From the NCBI GenBank assembly GCA_016840085.1, contig JAEOTA010000036.1, positions 64,001-128,000 of the forward strand: a stretch of DNA of 64,000 nt, read 5' to 3'. This stretch comes from Promethearchaeota archaeon. Lineage in GTDB: Archaea > Asgardarchaeota > Lokiarchaeia > Sigyniarchaeales > SOKP01. Both the position numbers and the translations under genes were made by a program. Positions 9,484 through 20,223 of the stretch are shown piece by piece. How positions within the stretch are numbered: the first letter of the stretch is position 1; each line of letters begins with the position of its first letter. A model generated the notes under the pieces. It saw nothing but the letters and a program-made list of their open reading frames with translations, was not told the DNA's origin and searched no databases.

Positions 9484-11664
9484 ATGTATTTATTTAAAGA
9501 TAAAGATGTAATTGAAGTACCTATTACCTGTAAGTTTTGTTTGAAAGAAATTATGTTTCCCGTATCGGCTGAGGAATATAGAGAAGTTAAAAAATTTCCG
9601 ATAAAGAAAGAAAGTACTCATGGTGACCCTCTTCATAAATTAACTGTTTTTATTAATATGAGTTTAGAGATTGATAATTTTGAGATAGAAGACTTAACAG
9701 AAAAAGAAGAAGAAGTAGCATATTCAGAAGAATTAATGAAACAAGTTCTAAGTGATATAGAACTATCAGATGAGGAGATAGAATTATATTTTCGAACAAC
9801 AGGACGTGAAACAGTATCTCTTGGAGAAATATCCATTTTAACAGGTAAATCAAAGGAAGAATGTAAAGAGATTGTTGATAAATTTATAGAAAAAGGATTA
9901 TTTAAGGAAATAATCGGTGCTACACCTCACTATGCTGCATTACCCCCTTATGCTGCTTTAGTGTCCCAATTAAATAAGTTTTATACCTATATCTCAAATA
10001 TTAAATCTAAAATTCCTACTCAGTTAGATAAATCTTTTGCTCAACTAGAATCAGAAACAAAAGGAATGGAAATGCTTAAAGATTCTACGGAAGCTATGAC
10101 TGAATTGAAGGAAAAGATGCTAACCCAAATTCAAGCCCAAAAGAAGGAATTTGATCAAACATTATCTGCAATAGACCAAATAAGAAATATTTCAAAAGAT
10201 ATTTCAGGTTTAGGAGATGTGACAAAAAGTATTTCAGAGGACCAACTTGGAAGCCTAACCTCACAATTTGATAATCTTAATCGAAAGACTTCACAAGTTA
10301 TTAAAAACCAAGTAAATGAATTGAGAACACAACTTGGCGATGTTAAAAAAATAGTAACTGATAATTTACAGAAATTACGCTTAGGTGTTATCCAACAAGC
10401 TGTAGGAGATATAATTGAAAAGGTCATTAGTTCCCGATTAAAAGATATCACTGATAATCTTAATGTTCAATTAAGTGTAAGTCAGACTGTATTCGCAGAT
10501 GAGTTGAAAAAACTAACTCAAGGCGTTGATTCTGAATTCGCTTCTAAATTAAGGAGTTCAATCGAAGATGCTGTCAAAAATATTGAAGGTATTTCAATCA
10601 AAACAGATGATCAAAAAGAAAAAGCATTTTCTGAAATTATTGAAAATTTTAATAAGGCAGCTAAGTTAGCCGAAGCAAAAATCGAGGGATTATCTGGAGA
10701 TATTTTTCAATCGTTTGGAAATGTTAGAGAAATATTTTCTAAGGGTATACTTGATACTTTAGACAACACTCTAAGTGATATATTAAATAGATTGGAGGTT
10801 AGTGAAAAAACTACAAGAGAATTTTGGGAACAATCGAAAAAGGCAAAGGGAGCTATCACAATGAAAGATATCTGGTTCATTCGCTCTCCAGAAGCCGCTA
10901 AAGCACACATTAATGATGAAATCTCGAAAGCGAAGATGAGAGTTTTAATTGTAGCACCTGATCTTTTAGATATTAACATTGATGTCATTAAAGCACGACC
11001 CTCAAGAATAAACTTTAGAATTGCTACTCACATTAATCCCGCCATATCTGCTCATGAAGCAGTAATGCAAGAATTAGATAAAATGGATAATGTAGATTAT
11101 AGAAATAGAACGTTACAAAACATATGGGGGATTAATAGAGATTATGAAGAAGTAATCTTATGTGTTCTCTCAAAAACTGAATTTAGAGGAGAGGAAGTTA
11201 CAGAAATCGCGGGAATTGGAAGTATCATTGAGGAGCACATTAAAATCTTCGTGCCCATACTGGAGGATGCATGGGTTGGAGCTCGAAAGGATATTATGCG
11301 GACAATTAAGACCTCTCTTTCGAGAGAACCAGAAAAACCAACCACAATTCCACCATCAGTCGAGAAACCTAAAAAAGAAGCTCCTTTAATTTCAGAAGCC
11401 CCTGAAGTGAAAGCTCCATCTCTCTTATCTCAACAGCTTGATGAAATAATAAACAATATTGAAAGATCAACAGGATTAGAGATTTCTCAAGCTTTAGAAA
11501 AGTTTCAAAGCGAATTTGTTAAACAGAAAGGGTATAGTAGCGTGTTAAAAGGTATTCATATAAGAACTGATGAACTTAAAGATAATCCTGAATTGTTAAC
11601 TCGTCAAGAAAAAGACGAATTAAAAACAACTATGAACCTCTGGCGTCGTCAACTCGATCTTTAA
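9484..11664 (+). CDS. TrmB-like wHTH protein with long coiled coil and PLD-like C-terminal domain
   Basis: LSDEEIELY...GEISILTGKSKEEC...KGLFKE (wHTH); about 300-aa heptad region; INDEISKAKMRVLIVAP; N-terminal CKFC..H..H. Confidence 0.7.
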   Translation: MYLFKDKDVIEVPITCKFCLKEIMFPVSAEEYREVKKFPIKKESTHGDPLHKLTVFINMSLEIDNFEIEDLTEKEEEVAYSEELMKQVLSDIELSDEEIELYFRTTGRETVSLGEISILTGKSKEECKEIVDKFIEKGLFKEIIGATPHYAALPPYAALVSQLNKFYTYISNIKSKIPTQLDKSFAQLESETKGMEMLKDSTEAMTELKEKMLTQIQAQKKEFDQTLSAIDQIRNISKDISGLGDVTKSISEDQLGSLTSQFDNLNRKTSQVIKNQVNELRTQLGDVKKIVTDNLQKLRLGVIQQAVGDIIEKVISSRLKDITDNLNVQLSVSQTVFADELKKLTQGVDSEFASKLRSSIEDAVKNIEGISIKTDDQKEKAFSEIIENFNKAAKLAEAKIEGLSGDIFQSFGNVREIFSKGILDTLDNTLSDILNRLEVSEKTTREFWEQSKKAKGAITMKDIWFIRSPEAAKAHINDEISKAKMRVLIVAPDLLDINIDVIKARPSRINFRIATHINPAISAHEAVMQELDKMDNVDYRNRTLQNIWGINRDYEEVILCVLSKTEFRGEEVTEIAGIGSIIEEHIKIFVPILEDAWVGARKDIMRTIKTSLSREPEKPTTIPPSVEKPKKEAPLISEAPEVKAPSLLSQQLDEIINNIERSTGLEISQALEKFQSEFVKQKGYSSVLKGIHIRTDELKDNPELLTRQEKDELKTTMNLWRRQLDL

Positions 11665-11737
11665 TATTTTTTTTTAAAAAATTCTTTTTAATTTTATTAA
11701 TAAAATAATTATTATTGATGCTTTAATTACTTCTTTT

Positions 11738-12778
11738 ATGGAACAAGATACAATAACTATTAAATCGGGTAAGGTCAATGACTATCTCCATCATATTGAT
11801 GTAAAAGCATATGGAACTCCAAGAATGTTATCCGTCTTTCTCGGAGAATTTGATGATAATAAATCTATTTTAATTGATTGTGGATCTTCTTTAGATATAA
11901 AAACAGCATTGAAATATTTTAAAAAAAACGAAATCCATTTATCATCTTTTAAATATCTAATAACAACTCATCATCATTTCGACCATAATGGTGGATTGTG
12001 GAAACTTTATGAAGAAGTAAAAAAACATAATCCAAATGTAAAAATTTTAACAAATCAAATCACGAAGGAGTTATTAAACGATTATGAACATCACTTAAAA
12101 AGAGGTTCAAGGACATATGGAAATCTTGTAGGTGTTATGAAACCTATTGAAGAAAAAGCATTTAAAATTATCACACCTAGTTCTAATTTTAATTCAGATC
12201 CTAAAAAGCTTGATTTTATTGATAACTTTACAATTAATGGATCTGAAGTGAATTTGGTAATATTTAATATTCCAGGTCATACTCCAGATCATCAATGTCC
12301 TGCATTAATTAAAGATGGGAAGGTTGATTTTATCCAATATGGTGAATCTGCTGGTACAATTTATCATTCTTCAGAACTTATCACTATGCCTACATCAATG
12401 CCAATCTATTATAATCATATTAAATATATGGAATCATTAGCAAACCTCAAAAAAGTTGTTCCTTTGAAAGCTGGGTTTGGACACTTTGGAGTAATCAATG
12501 GTAAAACAAATGTACAAAAATTATTAGTGGAACACGAATCTTTTATGAAAATATTTAGAGAAAAAATAATTACATATTATAATGAAAAACCAGAAACCAG
12601 ATATGTATTAAATACTATATTTCCATTGTTAACTGCTAGAACTGATTTATCGATGGATTATAATCCTGTCTTTAGTGGGATTGCTTTAGCTATTGTTTAT
12701 GGAATGATGGTTTCATTAGGGTATAGAAAAATACCACCTAAAGAATTGATTTATTATAATAAATTCTATTCTTTATGA
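11738..12778 (+). CDS. Metallo-beta-lactamase-fold hydrolase
   Basis: THHHFDHNGG, PGHTPDH, GHFG motifs. Confidence 0.9.
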   Translation: MEQDTITIKSGKVNDYLHHIDVKAYGTPRMLSVFLGEFDDNKSILIDCGSSLDIKTALKYFKKNEIHLSSFKYLITTHHHFDHNGGLWKLYEEVKKHNPNVKILTNQITKELLNDYEHHLKRGSRTYGNLVGVMKPIEEKAFKIITPSSNFNSDPKKLDFIDNFTINGSEVNLVIFNIPGHTPDHQCPALIKDGKVDFIQYGESAGTIYHSSELITMPTSMPIYYNHIKYMESLANLKKVVPLKAGFGHFGVINGKTNVQKLLVEHESFMKIFREKIITYYNEKPETRYVLNTIFPLLTARTDLSMDYNPVFSGIALAIVYGMMVSLGYRKIPPKELIYYNKFYSL

Positions 12779-12868
12779 AATTCTTTAGTTTGTGATTTTT
12801 TCGTATAAATTTCTTGAATTTATTTTTTATCCAAAACTTCTAATTTATTATTAACCTAAAAACTCTTA

Positions 12869-14074
12869 ATGGAAGAAAATATCGAACAATTCGATTTAAC
12901 TATCATTGGAGCAAGTTTAGCTGGAAATTATTTGTGTTATTTATTATCAAAGACCAACTTAAAAATTGTAGTGATTGAGGAACATAAGGAAGTAGGGCTT
13001 CCTTTTCAATGTGCAGGCATAATTTCTCAAAAACTCAGTAAATTAATCAATTTACCTAATAAGCTCATTTTAAATCGTGTGAATATAGCTAAGATCATTT
13101 CTCCCTCAGGATCATTTATTAAATTATCAGGAGCTGATCAGCCTTATATAATTGATAGAATTGCGTTAGATCGATTTTATTATGATAAAGTAAAAAATAA
13201 AAAGAATATCTCTTACTACTTAGGAGAAAAATTCAAATCCTTTAAATATGTTAGACATAACCATATAAAATTTCTATTAATTGAAACTTCTAAGAGAAAA
13301 TTAAAATCAAAGTTTTTAGTTGGATGTGATGGTCCACTTTCGTTAGTTGCAAAATCTTTTGGAATAAAAAATAAAACTATACCGGCAATTCAAATTCGTA
13401 TTAATGCAAACTTTAACGAAGATGAAGCAGTAATGTATTTTGATCCACGATGGAAAGAATTATTTGGTTGGATAGTTCCAGAGGGAAATAAGATCTACCG
13501 AATTGGTATGGCATGCAGTAAAAATTTAAAAAAAAATTTTCGTATTTTTTTGAAAAAACTCAGAATTAATCTTGCTCATAGAATTGATCAACAAGGTGGG
13601 CTCATTCCCTACAGCATAATGAATAAGCTTGCATTTGATAATGTATTGTTATTAGGAGATTCTGCGTGTCAAGTGAAAGCTACAACAGGGGGTGGAATAA
13701 TAATGCTCTTAACAGCAGCGAAATATGCTGCAATTTGTATTCAAACCTGTTTTAAAATCAAAAAATTTACAAAATCTTTTATTAAGAAATATTATGAAAT
13801 ACCATGTAAATCGACCATTGGAAAAGAATTAAAAATTCACTATTTAATTCGGGTCGTTTTAAAAGATTTTAATGATAAAGACTTTGCTAGATTATTTCAA
13901 ATAGTCAAAACTAGTAAAATCGAGAATTTAGTTTCTTTTTATGGGGATATGGATTTCCCGAAATCATTTATTTTCAAATTAATAAAGAACCCGTTAGTTA
14001 TTCCCTTTCTAATAAAACATACTTTAAAACATCCTAATATTTTTATCAAAATCTTAAAAATCTTAAATAAGTAA
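12869..14074 (+). CDS. Geranylgeranyl reductase-family FAD oxidoreductase
   Basis: IIGASLAG, QCAG, GCDG, FGWIVP, LLGDSACQVKATTGGGI. Confidence 0.88.
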   Translation: MEENIEQFDLTIIGASLAGNYLCYLLSKTNLKIVVIEEHKEVGLPFQCAGIISQKLSKLINLPNKLILNRVNIAKIISPSGSFIKLSGADQPYIIDRIALDRFYYDKVKNKKNISYYLGEKFKSFKYVRHNHIKFLLIETSKRKLKSKFLVGCDGPLSLVAKSFGIKNKTIPAIQIRINANFNEDEAVMYFDPRWKELFGWIVPEGNKIYRIGMACSKNLKKNFRIFLKKLRINLAHRIDQQGGLIPYSIMNKLAFDNVLLLGDSACQVKATTGGGIIMLLTAAKYAAICIQTCFKIKKFTKSFIKKYYEIPCKSTIGKELKIHYLIRVVLKDFNDKDFARLFQIVKTSKIENLVSFYGDMDFPKSFIFKLIKNPLVIPFLIKHTLKHPNIFIKILKILNK

Positions 14075-14115
14075 AAATTTATTGTATTAATACTTAGTTA
14101 AAAGGTGTTAAATCT

Positions 14116-15312
14116 CTGAATAGTAAAGAAAGAATTCTTACTACTATAAATTTAGAAGAACCAGATAAAGTTCCTTCCTTTGAATTGTCTATTGATAATT
14201 TAAGTATTTTTAATCACTTTAATCTAGTTTATCCTTATCAAGGTTTAATTAAAACTTTTAATGATACATTTGAATTATGTAATAGAGATATTGAAGCTAC
14301 AACTAATTTAATTATTAAGGCAACTGAAACAAGATCATACTTGAAAAACACTTTGAAACGATTTTTCGGCATATCTGTAAAAGCAGGTCTCGATTTAGCA
14401 CAACTCCCAATGTCTGGATATATTTTATTTCCAAAAATTTGTGGAAAAAATTATGTTACAGATGAATATGGTAGAACATTCGATTTGAGGCTAAATCCTT
14501 CAGACAATATGGAAATTGTTTATTATAGAGAAGGTTATTTTAGAAATTACGAGGAATATGAAGCATTTTCACCTTTAGATCCTGATGATCAAAGAAGGGA
14601 AAAAATTTTTAAAATAATAAAGAAAATTGAGGAAGATTATCTTGGAAAAATCTACATAATTCCTGCTATATGGGGTATTTTTGAATGCTCTTGGCAATCT
14701 TTTGGATTTGTTAATTTCAGCAAGTTATTAACAAGATCCAAGGCAATTAGAAAAGTTATTAATGATAGAGGGAAATTTGCTTTAGAACTGGCAAAAAGAT
14801 TTATTGATTGGGGTGAAACAGGCTCAATTATGATCTATGATGATTTTGGATATAAATCAGGCTTACTAGCACCTCCAAAGATTTATCAAGAATATGTATT
14901 TCCATGGTTCAAAAGAATATGTGATTATTCTCATAAAAGAGGTGTTAAAGTTATATTACATAGCTGTGGTGATATTTATCAACTTTTTGAAGATATAATT
15001 CATGTGGGTATTGATGCTATCCACCCTTTAGAGCCAACAACAGCTAACGTTGAATATAATATTTTTAAATTAAATCAAAAATATAAAGATAAAATCTGCT
15101 TTATTGGAAATATATCACCTCAAGACCTTGCAACTAAAGATCCTAAATTCATAAATAATTATACAAAAAAACTTATTAAGGAATTAGCGCCAGGTGGTGG
15201 TTTTATATTAAGCTCGGGTCATAGCATTAATCCTGCAGTTAAATTAGAAAATTTCCTTGCAATTCAAGACACATTAAAGAAATATGGAAGGTATCCTATT
15301 TCAATAAAATGA
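14116..15312 (+). CDS. Uroporphyrinogen decarboxylase/MtaA-CmuA family protein; probable CTG start
   Basis: YDDFG, ILHSCG, FIGNI, PGGGFILSSGHSI. The in-frame upstream extension (L/M)NSKERILTTINLEEPDKVP matches the paralog N-terminus. AGGTG at 14103-14107 precedes the CTG at 14116. Confidence 0.85.
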   Translation: MNSKERILTTINLEEPDKVPSFELSIDNLSIFNHFNLVYPYQGLIKTFNDTFELCNRDIEATTNLIIKATETRSYLKNTLKRFFGISVKAGLDLAQLPMSGYILFPKICGKNYVTDEYGRTFDLRLNPSDNMEIVYYREGYFRNYEEYEAFSPLDPDDQRREKIFKIIKKIEEDYLGKIYIIPAIWGIFECSWQSFGFVNFSKLLTRSKAIRKVINDRGKFALELAKRFIDWGETGSIMIYDDFGYKSGLLAPPKIYQEYVFPWFKRICDYSHKRGVKVILHSCGDIYQLFEDIIHVGIDAIHPLEPTTANVEYNIFKLNQKYKDKICFIGNISPQDLATKDPKFINNYTKKLIKELAPGGGFILSSGHSINPAVKLENFLAIQDTLKKYGRYPISIK

Positions 15313-15333
15313 AAAATCTCTATTTTATTTCTC

Positions 15334-15412
15334 TTATGGAGGAATCATTGAGAAGAACGCTATTTGGTTGAATAAGAAATACTAGATCAGCATAAAATCA
15401 ATTAAAATAATT
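15334..15412 (-). pseudogene. Degenerate copy of the 3' end of the 16691-17047 membrane protein gene
   Basis: Translates IILIDFMLI*YFLFNQIAFFSMIPP*, compared with VVFMLIWYFIFNQIAFFSMIPP* in the intact gene; TGG is replaced by TAG. Confidence 0.8.
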
Positions 15413-15493
15413 CCAAAATAAAAATTAACTATTATTAATTATAAAAAATCATAATTGAATTAGAATTAAAAAACTGGATAATGTGAATTAAAA

Positions 15494-16669
15494 TTGGAAT
15501 GTAGAGAAAGAGTGCTTGCAGCTTTAAACTTAGAAGAGCCAGACAGAGTTCCTTGCCATACAATACTAATTGATGCTAATAATGTTGATGAAATACTAGG
15601 AAAACCTCAAATTACTGATTTTGATACTCTTGCGCAAGTAAAACGAGATAACCCTGATAATTGGGCGGAAGAAATAAGCAAATTAGTTGAAAGTGTTGAG
15701 ACATCCATATTTTCACGATGTGTTGAGGCAGCGGCTAACATAGGATTGGATTGTATGCAAGTAGGAATAGTGCCTGTAGAGTTTATTGATGATCCAAATG
15801 ATAATAGAGATCTAATGAAAGATATCTTTGGTAGAGTTTGGGAAGCTCGGAATAATGAAGGTAATTTTAATCCTTATTATTTGTATGGAACATTAAATTC
15901 AAATGAAAAATGGAAAGAAATAAAAGAAAATATAGAAGGTCCTATGACAGAAAAATATACTAAGATGGTAAAGAAATTCTATCGTCGTATAAATAAAAAG
16001 CATAAAGATAAAATTTTTGTAGCCGTAACAAATGATTTAGCAGGTGTTTTCGAAAGTGCCTCTCAAGGTATGGGGATGGTATATTATTCTAAGATGTTGC
16101 ATAAAAATCCAAGTTTTATTAAAAAAGTCCATGAAGTAATTGCAGAATTCACTGCTGCATGTTATAGAAGTTATATGAATGCGGGAGCGGAATTATTTAT
16201 AGAATCAGGAGATTTAGCATATCATACTGGTCCCATGATGAGTCCTAAAAGATTTTATGAATTATTACTACCTGCTTATAAAATCATCACAAATACAGTG
16301 CATGAAAGAGGGTGTAATATTGTGTTACATACTGATGGGCAGATTACACCATTATTAGATTTTATTGTGGATTGTGGATTTGATGGTCTTCAATCTCTTG
16401 AACCTACTGCTGGAGTTGATTTAGCTCTGGTTAAGAAGAAAGTAGGTGATAAACTTTGTCTTATGGGAAATATTGACGTTGCTCATGTTTTAACATATGG
16501 AACTAAAGAGGAAGTCTATGATGCTGTAAAATTTGCTATAAGAACAGCTGGAATAGGAGGTGGTTTCATAGTAAGTGCGGCTAATATGCATCCAGCTATA
16601 AAGGTTCAAAATTTAAGATGGATGGTGGAAGCAACTCGAAAATTTGGGAATTATCCCTTAATTCTTTAA
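15494..16669 (+). CDS. Uroporphyrinogen decarboxylase/MtaA-CmuA family protein
   Basis: RERVLAALNLEEPDRVP, GDLA, LHTDG, LMGNID, GGGFIVS. Confidence 0.9.
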   Translation: MECRERVLAALNLEEPDRVPCHTILIDANNVDEILGKPQITDFDTLAQVKRDNPDNWAEEISKLVESVETSIFSRCVEAAANIGLDCMQVGIVPVEFIDDPNDNRDLMKDIFGRVWEARNNEGNFNPYYLYGTLNSNEKWKEIKENIEGPMTEKYTKMVKKFYRRINKKHKDKIFVAVTNDLAGVFESASQGMGMVYYSKMLHKNPSFIKKVHEVIAEFTAACYRSYMNAGAELFIESGDLAYHTGPMMSPKRFYELLLPAYKIITNTVHERGCNIVLHTDGQITPLLDFIVDCGFDGLQSLEPTAGVDLALVKKKVGDKLCLMGNIDVAHVLTYGTKEEVYDAVKFAIRTAGIGGGFIVSAANMHPAIKVQNLRWMVEATRKFGNYPLIL

Positions 16670-16690
16670 TGATATGTATACTTTTTTTTC

Positions 16691-17047
16691 TTAAGGAGGA
16701 ATCATAGAAAAGAATGCTATTTGATTGAAAATAAAATACCAAATTAGCATAAATACAACCATAATTACTGTTGATACTAAACCAAAACCCTTTACTCCTT
16801 TTGGAACTCCTAAATCTTCACTCTTTCTTTGAATAAAAGCACGGATCATCGCAGTAATATATATTAAAACAATTATAATAGCAATAATCCATAAAAACAG
16901 CATAAATAATGATAATGTGTAAACAGGAAAACTGTTTAGCCAAACCCAGAACCTAACAATTAAGTATGTAGGGATTGAACCATAAATAACTGCAGTGAGA
17001 AGAAAAACAATACCCCAAGTAATACCTTTTAAAGATTGAGTAGTCAT
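16691..17047 (-). CDS. Small three-TM membrane protein
   Basis: 118-aa hydrophobic ORF; a decayed copy of its C-terminus lies at 15334-15412. Confidence 0.75.
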   Translation of the reverse strand: MTTQSLKGITWGIVFLLTAVIYGSIPTYLIVRFWVWLNSFPVYTLSLFMLFLWIIAIIIVLIYITAMIRAFIQRKSEDLGVPKGVKGFGLVSTVIMVVFMLIWYFIFNQIAFFSMIPP

Positions 17048-17138
17048 TTATTTATTATATTTATGATAATTTAAAAGATTTGTTGGTTGTGTATTTTAAA
17101 ATTATTTAAGATTTCATGAATGTTAATTGACTTTAAAA

Positions 17139-18176
17139 TTAAAGCATATTTTTAATCATCCAACGTAATGCTTTCATAATTCTCTCATCTTCCTCCAAAA
17201 CATTAATTGGAAAATATCTAATTCTCATATCCACTTCTTTTAATTCCTTAATAGCAAACGATTCTTGAATGAATTCTGAGGAAAATTTTTCTTTATTATA
17301 AAATTTATTACCTATAATTAGTATTGGAACTAGTCTATTTCCCATTTCTAAACGTCTGTCATCAATTATCTGAAAAAGTTTTTTTGTTTCATTCAAAGAA
17401 TCTTCATTAGATGCATTAAAAATTAATATGAATCCCTGTGCATGTTCCATACATTTTTCAAAAGATTCGTAGCCCTTACAATAAAAATCACATTTATTAT
17501 CGTCAAAATTTAAAATTTCGAGATTTTCTACTAGTACTTCATAGATACGAGTTGGTAAATCATCACTTTTTATATTGAGAAATTGTATTAATTCAACATT
17601 TTTTAGAAAAGTTGTTCTACCAGTTTTTGGAGCCCCTACAATGAATACTTTCTTAATAATTCGTTTACTTACTATTGGGGTTTCTATTTGATAACTTGGA
17701 GATAATCTTTTAAAATATTTACTAAAGATTTCTAAGAATTTGTTTTTTAAATCATTATTAGCTAAATTTAAGATACTATCATTTAAAGCTCCATTCTTAT
17801 TTGAATGTAATAGGGACGCAAGATCGTTTAATTTTCTTAATTCTACAGCAAATTCTTCCAATATTGGTGATTTTGATTCTAAATATTTGAAAACATCTAC
17901 AATTTGATCCTTGAAAATAGCGGTTCTAACCAAATAACTGATCATTAATAATTCCTTACCACCACGAGCAAATTGAGAATCGATATAGAAAATATGATTT
18001 ACTGTCTGGAATTTTCTATACGCAAAAATAAATGTACCCTCTTCGTCATTAAATTCAAGAATTCGTCCTAAATCTGGTGTTCCTGCTATCTCACTCAAAC
18101 TCTCATTTGCATATAACAAATTTGGGCCAATAACTTGATCAAAATAAGAAACACAGAGTATTTGGTCTTCGGACAT
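17139..18176 (-). CDS. uDENN/longin-like domain fused to a degenerate small-GTPase domain
   Basis: N-terminal CVSYFDQVIGP (FDxxxGP) and ARGG motif; C-terminal VFIVGAPKTGRTT, GFILIFN, PILIIGNKF. Confidence 0.75.
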   Translation of the reverse strand: MSEDQILCVSYFDQVIGPNLLYANESLSEIAGTPDLGRILEFNDEEGTFIFAYRKFQTVNHIFYIDSQFARGGKELLMISYLVRTAIFKDQIVDVFKYLESKSPILEEFAVELRKLNDLASLLHSNKNGALNDSILNLANNDLKNKFLEIFSKYFKRLSPSYQIETPIVSKRIIKKVFIVGAPKTGRTTFLKNVELIQFLNIKSDDLPTRIYEVLVENLEILNFDDNKCDFYCKGYESFEKCMEHAQGFILIFNASNEDSLNETKKLFQIIDDRRLEMGNRLVPILIIGNKFYNKEKFSSEFIQESFAIKELKEVDMRIRYFPINVLEEDERIMKALRWMIKNML

Positions 18177-18331
18177 TTTGACATTTAATCTTATGTAATT
18201 TCAAAAAAATTACTAAAAGCTCATTGAAATAATAAGTTGAGCTTTAATTTAAAATTTATAATATGAAATGAAATATCTCGTATATATTTAATTTGAGGCT
18301 TTTAAAAAAAAAAATATTGAGTTTATATTGA

Positions 18332-20020
18332 TTAATGAAGAAAACCTAAAATAAAGCTCAATCCCGTTTGATACGGTGATATGGAACAAATCATTAATGT
18401 AAAGAATAATGTATTAACAATAGCTCCTGCAATAATATTTCCGCTTTTTTTATATATTAAAGTAGAAGTAAATGCATTCAGTAAAAAAAGTGGTATTGCA
18501 AAAGGTAAGAAAGATCCAAAATAAAAGAAACTCCCCATAATCAACGCTACAATAAACAGATACGTAAACCAGTATAAGAATAGAATTCCAAAAATTATAA
18601 TTGAGACCTTAATTAGGGTTTTATTTCCATCTTCAAATTTGTTTTGGAGAACTCCATGAAATATTAGTCCATAAATCATAAAAAAAATGAAGTTTATAAC
18701 TAAAAACAACGGAACCCATGCAATTTTTAATAATGAAGGGATCATCCCTAAATAATTTAATCCACTAGAAAGATATATTATTAAAGTTAAAATTACAGCT
18801 AAAACAATGCCTAATATGAAATTTCTGATTATATTTTCTCTTGATGTTTTAAAAGGTTTCTTAATAATTTCAATTAATCCAACTTTCTTTTTTTTTCCAC
18901 TTCTCCAAAGTAGGACTAAAATTCCAAACGCTTGTCCAAATAACAGAGCTGAAATAAATCCCGCAACCGCTAAAAACAGTAATAATAGAATTGGAATAAA
19001 AATAAATATTCCAAATAACCCAAGTATTAAAGAATAGGCCAACATTTTGCTTCCGATACTAAGAATACTTCCATCTTCTATCTCAAGTTTGAATACTTCT
19101 TCTTCTTTTGGCTTTAGAATAACTTGGGAGAGGGGATCAATTATCAAAATGAAAAATCCGAATCCTCCAAAAAGTTGAAGAGAAAGGATCAATAATCTAG
19201 TATTCATAACATAATTCTCTTCTACAGATCTAACATCAGGAAAAGTATTTGCTAGAAAATTTCGGGCTTCTCTAATGAAGTCTGGATCCCAATCTCCTAA
19301 TACATGGTTTGTTAAATCATCTAAATATATCATGGAAGCATTACCATCTTGAAAACTTCCATATAACTGATTTACATCGAGATTAGAAGCAGGAATACCT
19401 GTATAATCTGATAACCCTACTTTTAAATCGTCTGGTGAAATTAGCTCATCATATCGTCCAAGAATCATTAATATATTTAATGATGCAGTAGAATTTCCTT
19501 TTCTTATATTTGTAGGTAATCTAGTTCCTGCACCTATGAAACACTTAAAATCAGTCGATTCATTTACAAGCTGAATCCCTACTCCACCCATCGAATATCC
19601 AAAATAGGCAAGATTGTTCATATCAATATCAGGTCTAGAGTTTAAATATGATACAATTGCTAAGATATCATTTGTTAAAGAACCCCAACGATGTTCCCCA
19701 GTACTCTGCCCATGTCCTCTAAAGTCAAAAGGAACTGCAACAAAACCTGCTGCAGCAAATTCTACAGCATAATCCTTTAGCATTTCCTTATTTGACATTA
19801 CTCCATGCCCTAGAATAATAGCCTTCTTACTTGAGCCACTATTTTTCGGCTCAAAAACATTAAAAGAAATTGTAACTCCATCAATAGTTTTTACAGTTTT
19901 TCCATAAGTGGATTTTATCCCGATTGGTGTTATAAAGATTAAAACGGTTCCAATGATAAAGAATGCTAAGAATACACAGATAAGAATAATTCTTTTTTTA
20001 GTTATATCCATTTTTCTCAT
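18332..20020 (-). CDS. Alpha/beta hydrolase with C-terminal multi-TM domain
   Basis: GHG, FDFRGHGQS, GYSMGG nucleophile elbow; hydrophobic C-terminal half. Confidence 0.88.
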   Translation of the reverse strand: MRKMDITKKRIILICVFLAFFIIGTVLIFITPIGIKSTYGKTVKTIDGVTISFNVFEPKNSGSSKKAIILGHGVMSNKEMLKDYAVEFAAAGFVAVPFDFRGHGQSTGEHRWGSLTNDILAIVSYLNSRPDIDMNNLAYFGYSMGGVGIQLVNESTDFKCFIGAGTRLPTNIRKGNSTASLNILMILGRYDELISPDDLKVGLSDYTGIPASNLDVNQLYGSFQDGNASMIYLDDLTNHVLGDWDPDFIREARNFLANTFPDVRSVEENYVMNTRLLILSLQLFGGFGFFILIIDPLSQVILKPKEEEVFKLEIEDGSILSIGSKMLAYSLILGLFGIFIFIPILLLLFLAVAGFISALLFGQAFGILVLLWRSGKKKKVGLIEIIKKPFKTSRENIIRNFILGIVLAVILTLIIYLSSGLNYLGMIPSLLKIAWVPLFLVINFIFFMIYGLIFHGVLQNKFEDGNKTLIKVSIIIFGILFLYWFTYLFIVALIMGSFFYFGSFLPFAIPLFLLNAFTSTLIYKKSGNIIAGAIVNTLFFTLMICSISPYQTGLSFILGFLH

Positions 20021-20223
20021 TTTTGTCCACTATAAATAGTTCTAATAGACGTTTAATTGATAAGTAATTAGAGTTTGCGATTTATTAATATTATCTTTTT
20101 AGATATATGTTCTTTAGCAACAATATGATGCTTTTTTTTTTTCGAAATCTTTAATTTATTAATGAAACTTTTTTATCAGTCAAAAATTTTTTTTCAATAT
20201 CATAATATTTAGGTAAATTTAAC

